Below the pieces are notes generated by a model. The model saw only the letters and a program-made list of their open reading frames with translations, was not told where the DNA came from and did no database searches. Of a stretch of DNA of 64,000 bases, positions 27,848 to 37,970 are shown piece after piece; position 1 is the first letter of the stretch, and each line of letters starts with the position of its first letter. A program made the position numbers and the translations under genes. The DNA comes from a phage, in the sequence record PZ019086.1; one strand, written 5' to 3'.

Positions 27848-28474
27848 TTAACCTCTATTCATAAAAGCATTAAAAATTTGGTCATCAATAGAAACATCTA
27901 CTTTAGACTGTTTTTCTGATGGTAATTCATATCCACATATTACAATTTTGTGATCAATATCAAAATACACAGAAGCAATATGATTAATGGTGTTTTCAGT
28001 AAAGTCTAAATCAACATCAATATCTTTTTGACCACAGCCCAAAGGATAAATAATGCGAGTAATTCGATTATCTTTAACAAAGATTCCACCGACATACTCT
28101 GTGCTGCGTTTAAAGTCTACGCGCCGACGAAATGAAAAATATTCAGGCTCTTTATGAGCTCTGCTCATAGGACATAACGAGTAACTAGAATAAGAGATGT
28201 CAAATCCTACGCCTTCAATATGAGCCAAATTATCATGATTAAACCAATTATAATCGTACGCCAAGTCCATTAGATTATAATATGTAAAAGGCACCGGATT
28301 AACGTCATTAGTCACAAGCATGTAATTAGCAACTGCTATAATTTCATTGTTTTTAACGAATACAAACCGTGATTGATGCGAATGACCTGGACCCGCGTTT
28401 TCACGATTAATGATATAACACTGGGCACCTTTATATTTGTATGTATCTTTGCACTTGTGCATTTGATAGAGCAT
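27848..28474 (-). CDS. Hypothetical protein (208 aa, 61.x position)
   Basis: ORF between primase and helicase genes. Confidence 0.45.
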   Translation of the reverse strand: MLYQMHKCKDTYKYKGAQCYIINRENAGPGHSHQSRFVFVKNNEIIAVANYMLVTNDVNPVPFTYYNLMDLAYDYNWFNHDNLAHIEGVGFDISYSSYSLCPMSRAHKEPEYFSFRRRVDFKRSTEYVGGIFVKDNRITRIIYPLGCGQKDIDVDLDFTENTINHIASVYFDIDHKIVICGYELPSEKQSKVDVSIDDQIFNAFMNRG

Positions 28475-28767
28475 TATTCACCTACCACTTCAGCGATGAT
28501 ATTTTTATTATTAAAGTTTTTATCGCAATACAGAACATAATTATACTGCATTACACCACCAGACTTAAGCTGTTTTTGCACTTCAGCTTTCATTTCAGGA
28601 CGATCACGCTCAACGATATTCATAATATCTGCTTCAATTTGAGTTTCAACTTCAGTCTGATCTGCAGTCATAGACCACTCACACAAATCTTTGTCATAAC
28701 CCGCCATAGCAGGCTGAGCAGCGCAAGAAGATAAAGCAAAAATTGCAGCAAAGATAAATTTTTTCAT
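28474..28767 (-). CDS. Secreted/periplasmic small protein (97 aa)
   Basis: N-terminal signal peptide MKKFIFAAIFALSSCAAQPAMA. Confidence 0.5.
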   Translation of the reverse strand: MKKFIFAAIFALSSCAAQPAMAGYDKDLCEWSMTADQTEVETQIEADIMNIVERDRPEMKAEVQKQLKSGGVMQYNYVLYCDKNFNNKNIIAEVVGE

Positions 28768-28795
28768 GATAATCTCCTCAGTAGTTTATGTTTAT

Positions 28796-28825
28796 ATAGT
28801 ATCTCAATTTCCAACAAAAGTAAAC
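28796..28825 (-). promoter_or_regulatory. T4-type early promoter
   Basis: GTTTAC / 18 nt / TACTAT on minus strand. Confidence 0.45.
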
Positions 28826-29079
28826 TATTTTATTTCCTCAAGTTCGTTAATCAATAAAAGTTCTCTGACGCTAAAAACAAAGAAAAATGTGTTCCCATCA
28901 ACCAGAGCATGACCGCTAATAGAACACCCTCTGCGGAATTTAGAAACTTCACAATCTAGAACTGTAAAGGGTTTTAATCCTATGACTTTAGCTGTGCGTC
29001 TATTCAGTTCACAACCACTTGCGAATTTTTCCAAATCTTCTTCTGATTTAAACTGATATTCTCTATTAACTAGCATCAT
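28825..29079 (-). CDS. Hypothetical protein (84 aa)
   Basis: ORF downstream of early promoter 29111..29140. Confidence 0.4.
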   Translation of the reverse strand: MMLVNREYQFKSEEDLEKFASGCELNRRTAKVIGLKPFTVLDCEVSKFRRGCSISGHALVDGNTFFFVFSVRELLLINELEEIK

Positions 29080-29110
29080 TTTCTTTTCTCCGCGATTAGC
29101 TGATAGAATT

Positions 29111-29140
29111 ACTATAACACAACTCTATCAGCTTGTAAAC
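29111..29140 (-). promoter_or_regulatory. T4-type early promoter
   Basis: GTTTAC / 18 nt / TATAGT on minus strand. Confidence 0.45.
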
Positions 29141-29142
29141 TA

Positions 29143-29427
29143 CTATTTTACTAGCATCAATAACTGTTTCTCTAACTTAATAATTTTACGAAAGTATCTT
29201 TTGCATTGACGAATCTGCCGCTTCGTAGGGCGCACAGCAAACTTAATAAATTCCACTCGACCAAATGGAGGACTTTCTTCTGGTGGAATATCTAACACCA
29301 ATTCCCACGTATCTGCAACAAGTGCTTTGAATTGAGTATTTTTCCTGACATTATACGGAGTAGGTTTAAATAAAGCAATATGCATATTATCCTCGGCAAT
29401 CCACTTCACATACTTTCTTGTCATCAA
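29143..29427 (-). CDS. Hypothetical protein (94 aa)
   Basis: ORF. Confidence 0.4.
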   Translation of the reverse strand: MMTRKYVKWIAEDNMHIALFKPTPYNVRKNTQFKALVADTWELVLDIPPEESPPFGRVEFIKFAVRPTKRQIRQCKRYFRKIIKLEKQLLMLVK

Positions 29428-29569
29428 TGAAAGCTTTAACTAGCGCTTTATTAACTTCAGCATATTGAGTAGTAGCCCATTGAACGTCATCTTTCATCAT
29501 TGTGATTTCTTTAGTAAACATGCTTTCGTTCTTAAACCACCCCATAAAAACTACCTTTACCAATTCCAT
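29387..29569 (-). CDS. dmd: Dmd antitoxin (inhibitor of host RnlA/LsoA RNase toxins), by size and position
   Basis: 60 aa ORF immediately downstream-adjacent to gene 41 (61.5 position in T4); T4 Dmd is 60 aa. Confidence 0.55.
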   Translation of the reverse strand: MELVKVVFMGWFKNESMFTKEITMMKDDVQWATTQYAEVNKALVKAFIDDKKVCEVDCRG

Positions 29570-29598
29570 AACAATCTCCTAATTTAACCAACAAGACT

Positions 29599-29628
29599 AC
29601 TATACCATAGTCTTGTCAGCTTGTAAAC
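29599..29628 (-). promoter_or_regulatory. T4-type early promoter upstream of dmd
   Basis: GTTTAC / 18 nt / TATAGT on minus strand. Confidence 0.45.
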
Positions 29629-31055
29629 TAAAATTTTAATTCGTTTGCTAAAGCATCTAACTGGGCTCGAGTAGATTCATTTCTTTGATAGCGATTCTGT
29701 TCAGCTTGTATCTGTTGTGAACCTGCTACTTCGTTCACTTCGGTTGGAGTAGAATCTTGCTCAATTTCTACCCATTTTTGATTTCCTTTTTGAACACCCA
29801 TCAAAAACTTATTCCATTTATTCTTATCACCATATCGTGATTTGATTTGCTTAATGAGTTGTTGTTCAGCAGCTGCTAACTCCTCGGTTTCAATGACCGC
29901 AAGCATAAAATCGGCTGTTGCTGGAAGCCCGGCAGATTCCGCAATATCGCTCATGTTAACATCAGAAGAATCCCAAGCTTGTTTACCAACCTGTGCTGCA
30001 GTCCAAAGAACAGTTTCAGTTTCAACAGCCAGAGCACGCAATTCTTCTGCGATGGCTTTAACAGTTGTGTAACTATTTTCTGAATAAACTCTGATGCGGC
30101 AAGATTTACAAATACCCAGATAGTCAACAATAATGATTGTTGGAACAAAATTCTTCTTGAGCTTTAATTCATTTAAAAGCGACCGAAATGTATTAGCGTC
30201 TGCTCCACCAGTGGGATACTGTTTAACGATTAAACGGCCGAGAGTAGATTTCTCACGCCATTTTTCCATTTTTCCTTTATACTCAGCGTAAGAAATATGC
30301 CCATCATCAATGTCATCAAGAGAAACATCGAGCATATTAGCGTCAATACGCTTAGCACAGACTTCTTCTGCCATTTCCATTGAAATGTAAAGAACATTAT
30401 GACCGAGCTGCAAATAATCTGCTGCCAATGAACACAGACCTAATGACTTGCCAACGTTAACACCAGCCATTAAAACGTTCAGTGTTCCAGTTTCAGCTCC
30501 GCCTTTAGTAATTTTATTTAGAATTTTGAGTTTAAATGGAACCTTACGAGCTTTATTCATATAAGATAGCCAACGTGCTTCGTAGTCATCCATCCAATCA
30601 TGACCAACGTAACTATCAAATGAAATTGATAATGCTTGGCGCATGATGTCAGGAATAGCACCTACATCTGGCATTTTCTTATTGCGTTTTTCCGGAGGAA
30701 GCTCAGCATTGGTTTGAATTTCAATTATTTTAGATGTGGCGTTAAACATCGCCCTTTGCTGAACATATTTTTCTGTTTCTTTTACTAACCAGCTGTGGTC
30801 TTCTGGAGAATCGGTTAGTTTCGAAATAAGTGTTTTTACACCAGAATATTCTGTTTCAGTAAATGAACTATTTTCTAACGCAACATTTAACGCATTAATA
30901 GATGGAACGCTATGGTACTCATTAACATGAGATTTAATTAATTTGAATGTATTTTTAGCTGGACCACTTTCAAAATATTCTGAATCCATATATGGCCAAA
31001 CTTTTGAAAAATAAGCTTGATCAAATATGAGATGAGAAAGAATAATTTCTACCAC
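29628..31055 (-). CDS. 41: Replicative DNA helicase gp41 (DnaB-like)
   Basis: 475 aa as T4 gp41; Walker A GVNVGKS. Confidence 0.9.
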   Translation of the reverse strand: MVEIILSHLIFDQAYFSKVWPYMDSEYFESGPAKNTFKLIKSHVNEYHSVPSINALNVALENSSFTETEYSGVKTLISKLTDSPEDHSWLVKETEKYVQQRAMFNATSKIIEIQTNAELPPEKRNKKMPDVGAIPDIMRQALSISFDSYVGHDWMDDYEARWLSYMNKARKVPFKLKILNKITKGGAETGTLNVLMAGVNVGKSLGLCSLAADYLQLGHNVLYISMEMAEEVCAKRIDANMLDVSLDDIDDGHISYAEYKGKMEKWREKSTLGRLIVKQYPTGGADANTFRSLLNELKLKKNFVPTIIIVDYLGICKSCRIRVYSENSYTTVKAIAEELRALAVETETVLWTAAQVGKQAWDSSDVNMSDIAESAGLPATADFMLAVIETEELAAAEQQLIKQIKSRYGDKNKWNKFLMGVQKGNQKWVEIEQDSTPTEVNEVAGSQQIQAEQNRYQRNESTRAQLDALANELKF

Positions 31056-31064
31056 ACTTACTCC

Positions 31065-31427
31065 TTAAAAGAATTTAAATTTTTTCTTTGACCTTTTATT
31101 AAATGCATCTTGTAGTTGCATTGTAATACATTTTTCTACATGAGGAGCTAACTCAGCTTTTCTTTCTTGGTCAAGAACAGCAAAGTCCATTACGACTTTT
31201 CCATCAACCCAATCTAATTTTGTCACATACACAATGTGTGTAGAACCATCTTCTAGTTTAATGACAATCTCCTGGATAACATTTTCCATGGCAGATTTAA
31301 TTATCTTAAGAGATTCATTAAAAAGATGCTCTTTTCTTTCTTCTTCCCCCTCCGAAGAGGGGGATTCATCGATAATTTCTAGATCTAAATCCAAATCATC
31401 TTTATTCATTAAATTCTTCCATATCAC
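31065..31427 (-). CDS. 40: gp40 head assembly accessory protein (by position)
   Basis: 120 aa ORF between 41 and uvsX. Confidence 0.5.
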   Translation of the reverse strand: MIWKNLMNKDDLDLDLEIIDESPSSEGEEERKEHLFNESLKIIKSAMENVIQEIVIKLEDGSTHIVYVTKLDWVDGKVVMDFAVLDQERKAELAPHVEKCITMQLQDAFNKRSKKKFKFF

Positions 31428-32583
31428 TTAACTGATCTAGGTCAGTTTCTAAATCAGCTGCTGATTTACTTTTACTTTCTGGGGATTTAAATTTTTCAAC
31501 CTTTGAGTTAATCAATTCATCAACTTCAGCTTCAACAATTTCATTACTATCAATAGCACCTAACTGATAAGCGCGTTTAATAGCATCTCGGAATGGTTGA
31601 TGCTTAAATAAAGGACCCCAGAATGTAGTGCAATTGGTATCTTTTGCACGCCAAGATTTTTCTTCGCGAATCATCTCGCCGGTTTCTTCGTCAAGAAATT
31701 CACGAGCATACCAGCCATTTTTAGGTTTTACCACAAATCCTAATTCAAGAGCCATATCTAACAATCCAGAATAAGGATCGATGCCACCGTCAAATTTAAC
31801 ATCAATAAAGAATTTACTTTTTTCTTTAACTGTACGAGATTTTTCTACATTTAGAACAAATTGATACCCCTGAAGATCAGAACCATCTTTAATCTGGCGC
31901 TTACCGATAATGAATACGGTATCAGCCGAATACATTACGCCTGTACCACCTGTCATCACGGTTTTACTAAACATTTCAATTGTTTCAATTGTGTGGTTAA
32001 CCGCAACACATGGAATGTTTTTAATACTAAAATAAGGAGTAACAATACGGAATAATGACTTCAGTGATTTAGCACGAGTCATATCTGCCACAGATTTTTC
32101 ATTCAAGGCATCTTCCGTTTCTTTCTTAGAAGCCATATTACCGATTGAGTCGATGAATACAATAACTTTTTCACCGCGCTCAATAGCTTCAAGCTGATTC
32201 ACCATATCAATTTTCAGCTGTTCAACTGACTGGATTGGTGTATGAATTACTCGTTCCGGATCAACTCCCATGGATCGCAAATAAGCTGGAGTAATACCAA
32301 ATTCGCTATCATAAAATAGACATACCGCGTCAGGATATTTGTTCAAATACGCCGCAACCATAGTCAAAGACATATTTGATTTAAAGTGTTTAGAAGGACC
32401 TGCAAAAATGGTTAAACCAGACTGCATACCACCATCAATCGCACCAGAAATAGCGATATTAAGCATTGGAATTTTTGTACGGATTACATCCTTTTCATTA
32501 AAGAATTTAGATGTAGTCAGTTCAGCAGTCATTTTAGAAGTGGAAGCTTTAATCAAACGGGATTTTAAATCTGCAATAGACAT
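31402..32583 (-). CDS. uvsX: UvsX recombinase (RecA-like)
   Basis: 393 aa (T4 391); RecA-like core. Confidence 0.9.
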   Translation of the reverse strand: MSIADLKSRLIKASTSKMTAELTTSKFFNEKDVIRTKIPMLNIAISGAIDGGMQSGLTIFAGPSKHFKSNMSLTMVAAYLNKYPDAVCLFYDSEFGITPAYLRSMGVDPERVIHTPIQSVEQLKIDMVNQLEAIERGEKVIVFIDSIGNMASKKETEDALNEKSVADMTRAKSLKSLFRIVTPYFSIKNIPCVAVNHTIETIEMFSKTVMTGGTGVMYSADTVFIIGKRQIKDGSDLQGYQFVLNVEKSRTVKEKSKFFIDVKFDGGIDPYSGLLDMALELGFVVKPKNGWYAREFLDEETGEMIREEKSWRAKDTNCTTFWGPLFKHQPFRDAIKRAYQLGAIDSNEIVEAEVDELINSKVEKFKSPESKSKSAADLETDLDQLSDMEEFNE

Positions 32584-32660
32584 TCATTTTTTCCATAGGC
32601 ATCATTATATTTTCCTCACTGGTTAAAGATAGAGTAATTATAACACAATAAATTTAGGCA

Positions 32661-33509
32661 TTAATCGACTGCTATTGGATGAATAGCATTAAACTTATGA
32701 AACGCTTCTGATTTTTCTTTGCGTGAAACACACATGCGAAGAACCTTTAATGGCTCGTCTTCTTCACCCAACGATTTTCTCTTTTCGATATTCGATGTTT
32801 TCCAACGAGCTTGCTCTGGAAACTCTCTATTGATTTGCTCAAGAGCTCTATTATGTTTTGAATTACTACGAATTGAACTACATCCGCCAGGAGCTTGTGC
32901 TTTTCCAGATACAACCAGATATTTGAACAAGGCCAAATGCGGATAACCTTGATTAATTAAATTGAGAAATGCATACATATCTTCGCATAAATCAATTTTT
33001 CCATACCCAATTTGTTCTGTCGTGAGTTTTCCAAGGTCATACCATGTATTCGTGAATCCATATGAATTTTCACGATAATTACCCCAAGATGAAGTAATTT
33101 TAAAAATTGGTAGACGAGCATGGCCATGATAATACCCACAATCCATGGCATCTTCAACGTATTGAATCAATTCATAGAACTGTTCACGAGTTAATTGATT
33201 AATTTTATCTACGCAGCGACGATCATCTTTCTTTCGCATTGAACTCATACGAATAGTAGTATCATCATCAATCATCCAAATTCGTTGACCTGCATACATA
33301 TCAGTAATTGCTTTACGAGTACCAGCAATTCCATTAACATCATCAGGAATAGTTATAATTTTAGCTCTAGATCCGTAAGCGTCATAATAAGCTTTTTCTT
33401 CATGTTCACGTACTACAATATGAGGTTCATAATCAGTCGGAAACATATCAAGGGCAGAAACTGCCGCTACGCGTTGATAGCTTGGAATTACGAATTGAAT
33501 CATTTCCAT
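32661..33509 (-). CDS. Glycosyltransferase with DxD motif at the beta-gt locus; candidate HMC-DNA beta-glucosyl-alpha-glucose (gentiobiosyl) transferase
   Basis: 282 aa; QRIWMIDDDTTI (DxD); sits between uvsX and gene 42 where T4 has 351 aa beta-gt. Confidence 0.5.
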   Translation of the reverse strand: MEMIQFVIPSYQRVAAVSALDMFPTDYEPHIVVREHEEKAYYDAYGSRAKIITIPDDVNGIAGTRKAITDMYAGQRIWMIDDDTTIRMSSMRKKDDRRCVDKINQLTREQFYELIQYVEDAMDCGYYHGHARLPIFKITSSWGNYRENSYGFTNTWYDLGKLTTEQIGYGKIDLCEDMYAFLNLINQGYPHLALFKYLVVSGKAQAPGGCSSIRSNSKHNRALEQINREFPEQARWKTSNIEKRKSLGEEDEPLKVLRMCVSRKEKSEAFHKFNAIHPIAVD

Positions 33510-34240
33510 TCACCATTATAATCTTTTTTCACAATATGAGTTTCGCCAGTATTCCACCAATGATCAACCAAGTAAAAATGACGAGAATATACATGAAGAC
33601 TTCCAACATTCCATATAATAGAACCTGCTTTATACTGACGAGTTGAATCACCTGCATTCAAATCAGATACTAATTTATCTAGTACGTATTTTTGCCATGC
33701 ATAATCATTACGGAATCCGAAGACTACGTCATTTGAACGCATGCTTACTACTGCATTGACTTTCTTATCACGAATCAGGTACTGTACTGTATTCGTACAC
33801 ATGAAATCTGACATACCATCTTTATTGTAGTCAAACTGCATGGATGGACGAGTATAAATCATGATACCGCGTCGAGAATCAGGATTTTGACCAAGTTCAG
33901 CTAAACACATATCATATTGGGCATAGTTATCTTCTGACCAGATGGCCCAACCATAATTCGAATTAATTTCGCCTTTAGAAGATGCTACCTGTTGCCAAAT
34001 CTTCGGTGTTTCACCTGGAATATCTTTAACAAACAAACTTTTAGATTTATACCATTCAAGTTCACGCTGAATGTATTCATCATTAAGAGCGCCAAAAATA
34101 AAAGGTTCATCTGCTACAAATGATGCACCAATAATTTCAATAGTTTTAACACCAGTTTTATCAATTACGAAATCTTTTTCCTTTAATGCAAGACCCAAAT
34201 CAAGACGGATTTCTTCAACTGTCATATAATCGTTAATCAT
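33500..34240 (-). CDS. 42: dCMP hydroxymethylase gp42
   Basis: 246 aa as T4 gp42; thymidylate-synthase-like fold. Confidence 0.9.
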   Translation of the reverse strand: MINDYMTVEEIRLDLGLALKEKDFVIDKTGVKTIEIIGASFVADEPFIFGALNDEYIQRELEWYKSKSLFVKDIPGETPKIWQQVASSKGEINSNYGWAIWSEDNYAQYDMCLAELGQNPDSRRGIMIYTRPSMQFDYNKDGMSDFMCTNTVQYLIRDKKVNAVVSMRSNDVVFGFRNDYAWQKYVLDKLVSDLNAGDSTRQYKAGSIIWNVGSLHVYSRHFYLVDHWWNTGETHIVKKDYNGEWK

Positions 34241-34247
34241 TTAAACC

Positions 34248-34397
34248 TCAATTGATACATTCATATTTAACTTGTAACAGTAATAAACCCCAACCTATAA
34301 TAAGTGTCGGAATCATAAGAGGAACCGTTACGCTATAGTATATACTTATTATAATCATCAAGATTAAAAGCAATACTGCTAAAATTTTGCTTTTCAT
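34248..34397 (-). CDS. Small membrane peptide (49 aa), not in ORF track
   Basis: Manual translation MKSKILAVLLLILMIIISIYYSV...; ATGA overlap with imm stop. Confidence 0.35.
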   Translation of the reverse strand: MKSKILAVLLLILMIIISIYYSVTVPLMIPTLIIGWGLLLLQVKYECIN

Positions 34398-34645
34398 TCC
34401 TTCTCTCTGATGATAATTACTTGATTCGGTTGTGCAGATTTTTTAGTTTCACCTGCAATTGACCAAATAAATGTAATAAACCAACCAATAATTGACCAGT
34501 TAAACAGTAAAGATGTGAAAAAGATTCCTACTGTCGATTTTGACCCACGCATCAAGGCGATGAACCATGGAAGCATGTATATAATAATAGCCAACACGCC
34601 TGAAACTAAAACCATAAAAATTGAACCTGCTACTAAAGTTTCCAT
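34394..34645 (-). CDS. imm: Immunity protein Imm (superinfection exclusion, membrane)
   Basis: 83 aa two-TM protein between 42 and 43, as T4 Imm. Confidence 0.8.
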   Translation of the reverse strand: METLVAGSIFMVLVSGVLAIIIYMLPWFIALMRGSKSTVGIFFTSLLFNWSIIGWFITFIWSIAGETKKSAQPNQVIIIREKE

Positions 34646-34652
34646 GTTTTCC

Positions 34653-35033
34653 TCACTTAGTCAAATTTTTTACACATGAATTATAAGAATTCACTACATA
34701 CTCCATCGGAGCATTTTTACCAGTACGCCATTGATAATTATTAGCCCAATTAGCCCAAAGTCCAGCGCAATAGTTTTCAATTTTTTCTTCGCGTGTAATT
34801 ACATCCGAATTACGATATGCTTGAGCAGATTCGTCTGGACGAATAGCTTCGTCAAAATTCGCCTGCATTTGTTCTACTGTCTGCTTTGGAGCTTCTTTAT
34901 AACATTTAACATTAGGATTATAAAATTTACTTGAACAGTTTACAATTTTTCCTACATCAGACTGATTTACTACTGATCCTTGAGCTACACAACCAGTAAG
35001 ACCTAATGCAATAACCAAAATAGCAATTTTCAT
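34653..35033 (-). CDS. Lipoprotein (126 aa); track ORF over-extended to 35222
   Basis: Internal Met with SD GGAG and lipobox signal MKIAILVIALGLTGC; early promoter at 35058..35087 lies inside the longer track ORF. Confidence 0.5.
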   Translation of the reverse strand: MKIAILVIALGLTGCVAQGSVVNQSDVGKIVNCSSKFYNPNVKCYKEAPKQTVEQMQANFDEAIRPDESAQAYRNSDVITREEKIENYCAGLWANWANNYQWRTGKNAPMEYVVNSYNSCVKNLTK

Positions 35034-35057
35034 TTCATTCTCCAAATTTGTATTGGT

Positions 35058-35087
35058 TGATAGTTGTATAGTACCATGGAAGAACGG
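35058..35087 (-). promoter_or_regulatory. T4-type early promoter
   Basis: GTTTAC / 18 nt / TGG-TACTAT on minus strand. Confidence 0.5.
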
Positions 35088-35185
35088 GGATGTAAACAGT
35101 TTTGTGAAAAAATTTTTAATGAATTTACAGGACCTAGAATCATCTATTTTTCCTAAGTATAGATTTATATTACTTGTATGAAAAA

Positions 35186-35201
35186 GGGACCCGGAGGTCC
35201 C
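35186..35201 (-). terminator. Terminator hairpin after gene 43
   Basis: GGGACCCGGAGGTCCC palindrome followed by U tract on the minus strand. Confidence 0.6.
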
Positions 35202-35214
35202 TAGATTTATTCTA

Positions 35215-37911
35215 TCAGCCAAACAGGAAGTCTAACGAAGCTTTTTCCTCATAGTCCATACCTGCCGATTCACACATGCCCGCAAGCGGTTTAACAAACG
35301 ATTTTTGGAACAAAGTTGAGTAGTCAATCCAAGACAGTACGTCAGAACGAATTTCTTTTGGAAGTTCTGTGCCCGACGGCCAAGCAATACACTTGTCACC
35401 AAATGGATTTCCCTCACGTAATGGAAGAACCATTACCTTATTTCCATCCAAAATTGGAGCTACACCTAAACCGCTAACAGCTCGACGATAAGTTAGCACC
35501 CCACGAATGTGGAACGGGCATTTAAATCCTGGCCAACCTTTATCATCATATTTCGCTATATCGTTCGCAGTTTTTACTTCAGCAATAACTTTATAGTCAA
35601 GCTGACGATATTCTTTCTCAAAGTTCTTGTAGTATTCTTGGACAGACTCTTCGCCTTCCTGAAGAATACGACGAATACTTTCTTCGAGAGCTTCTTGTAC
35701 TGCTTTTGGTGTTGAGCTCTGCTGAGTTTCCATACCCATGATTTTTAGATGCGGTTCAGCAAATCGTTTATCTTCCATATCATAAACGTTCAGAGCATAA
35801 CGCTTTTTCGCTTTCCAAAATCCACCAACACCCTTTGAACCAAGTGGAGGGCAAGAAATAGCTTCACGGTCCATATGCATCAGATGCTCGCGGTTATTCA
35901 TATAATCGCATAACTCGCGATATGCAACATCAATCATAGGTTCCATCTTTTTCTTACCAAACTGATTCATGAATTCAACTAAATCATTTTGTTCTTTAAA
36001 GCGGTCAAGACCTACTTTTTCAATTACTTTATCTACGCAAACATATACCGAATCAGTATCACCTGCTGCGATGAAATCTTCACCATTAGTTCCACATACT
36101 TTATTCAGATATTCATTAATTTTGCGAGCAATCCACTGAATACCGACTTGACCGAAAATTGTAATAGCAGTAGCATTTCGCAAATCATAGTAGCGGAAAT
36201 GAATATTACCAAGAGCACCATAAAGACTGTTAATAAGAATTTTACGGTTCAGCTGATTTGTGTTAGCAAGTGTAGCAGCTTTTTCACATTCTTCAATCAG
36301 ACTATTAAGAACAGATTCGGTGTAATTCGATAATTCGTTTAAGAAATCATCACTGAACTTAACATATCGTTCAACTTCTGGTTTAGTTGAGCAAGACCCT
36401 GCACCTTTCATAATAATCTTTTTAATAGCTTCGGCATTCATTTCTTCCGCGAACATTTTCTTTTTCCAATCTTTACGCTGGAAAAATACTTTAGCGATTT
36501 CCTTTGGAATGATACCTTCTTGGTGCTTATCATACATCCATCCATTCGGAGAACAAGAATATTCATCACTTGGCTTAGGAGCTGTTCCTGCGATATATTC
36601 ATGAATTGGATGAACTTTAAACTGTCCACGAATAGTCTCAGGACTAATGTTAACCTGACGAATAATGCTAGGATACAGAGACGTCAAGTCAAAACTCATA
36701 ATGTATCGACGAGCAATCGGTTTAGGTTCAAACACAAATGCACCTGGAAAACTCTGTTTAACGTGCGAACCTTGTTGAGGAATAACCTTATGTTCACCTT
36801 TTAGTGAGTTAAAAATAATAGCATCCCAAGTTTTAATAGGACTCATTACACCAGAAAAAGGCATTTTAGCGTAATAAGACATACTTAAAACTAGATCGAT
36901 AAACCCGCGAATTTTATCAATTGCTTGAACTGATTCTACGTCAATGATGTTATAACTAATGTATCGTTGATGATTAGTCTCACGAAGTTTATTAATAGGA
37001 CCATCGTACGGCAATTTACCTTTTTTGGTTTCATGTTGAGCAACTGATTCCAAAGAGAACGATGGCAAATTAGTAAATGCGAATTTCTTGTACAAATCTA
37101 AATAATCAAGAATAGATACGCCATCAATAGAATAAATTTCTTTGCTACCGTACATATTTTGAATTAGTTTAGATTTTACTCGACCGATTGGAGAGAAGCG
37201 TTTCATACTACGTTCACCGAGAACCATTTTAACACGATTCATGATATACGGAACGTCAAATCCCTCAATATTCCAACCGGTAAAAATAGCAGGTCGTTTC
37301 TGTTCCCAGAGATTAATATATTCCATGAGCATATCACGCTCATTATCAAATGGCATATAAATTACTCGGTCAAGAATTTCTTGAGGAACTTCATCACCAC
37401 CTTCACAGTCAAGCTTAGCAGCTAACTTTGCGTCCCATTTTGATACTGAACCGTACATTGAATTCAACAAATCAAAGACGTAAAAACGATCATCAATTGA
37501 ATCATAATGAGTGATAGCATCAATTTCATATTCTGCTTTCATTGGGTCAGGAAATTTATCACCAGTAACCTCAATGTCACAGTTAGCTACACGAACAAAT
37601 TTTCGGTCATAAACAATTTCTGAACCATATGTATCACTGATATAAGCGAGTTTAAAATCGTTCATACCGAGAGCTTCGAGACCGATGTCTTCCATTCGCT
37701 TCATCCAGTCTCGTGCATCTTTCATTGATGGAAATTTTTGAGGAGCACAGTTTTTACCATAAATGTCTTTGTATTTTGACTCTTCCTTACAATGTCTAAA
37801 CATAGTCGGAAGATATTCTACTTCACGAGTACGTTCCTTTCCATTTTCATCAATATAACGCTCAACAATGTTATTTCCGACTGTTTCGATAGAGATATAA
37901 AATTCTTTCAT
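35215..37911 (-). CDS. 43: DNA polymerase gp43 (family B)
   Basis: 898 aa as T4 gp43; exonuclease and polymerase motifs including DTDS. Confidence 0.95.
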   Translation of the reverse strand: MKEFYISIETVGNNIVERYIDENGKERTREVEYLPTMFRHCKEESKYKDIYGKNCAPQKFPSMKDARDWMKRMEDIGLEALGMNDFKLAYISDTYGSEIVYDRKFVRVANCDIEVTGDKFPDPMKAEYEIDAITHYDSIDDRFYVFDLLNSMYGSVSKWDAKLAAKLDCEGGDEVPQEILDRVIYMPFDNERDMLMEYINLWEQKRPAIFTGWNIEGFDVPYIMNRVKMVLGERSMKRFSPIGRVKSKLIQNMYGSKEIYSIDGVSILDYLDLYKKFAFTNLPSFSLESVAQHETKKGKLPYDGPINKLRETNHQRYISYNIIDVESVQAIDKIRGFIDLVLSMSYYAKMPFSGVMSPIKTWDAIIFNSLKGEHKVIPQQGSHVKQSFPGAFVFEPKPIARRYIMSFDLTSLYPSIIRQVNISPETIRGQFKVHPIHEYIAGTAPKPSDEYSCSPNGWMYDKHQEGIIPKEIAKVFFQRKDWKKKMFAEEMNAEAIKKIIMKGAGSCSTKPEVERYVKFSDDFLNELSNYTESVLNSLIEECEKAATLANTNQLNRKILINSLYGALGNIHFRYYDLRNATAITIFGQVGIQWIARKINEYLNKVCGTNGEDFIAAGDTDSVYVCVDKVIEKVGLDRFKEQNDLVEFMNQFGKKKMEPMIDVAYRELCDYMNNREHLMHMDREAISCPPLGSKGVGGFWKAKKRYALNVYDMEDKRFAEPHLKIMGMETQQSSTPKAVQEALEESIRRILQEGEESVQEYYKNFEKEYRQLDYKVIAEVKTANDIAKYDDKGWPGFKCPFHIRGVLTYRRAVSGLGVAPILDGNKVMVLPLREGNPFGDKCIAWPSGTELPKEIRSDVLSWIDYSTLFQKSFVKPLAGMCESAGMDYEEKASLDFLFG

Positions 37912-37930
37912 AGATATTCCTTAGTTTATA

Positions 37931-37950
37931 GCCCGAGTTATTAGGCTCTT
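37931..37950 (-). promoter_or_regulatory. Hairpin in gene 43 leader, candidate translational operator
   Basis: Short stem-loop (AGCC...GGCU) just upstream of the gene 43 SD AGGA; T4 gp43 is known to autoregulate translation via a leader hairpin. Confidence 0.3.
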
Positions 37951-37970
37951 GATATATTATACTCCAAATA

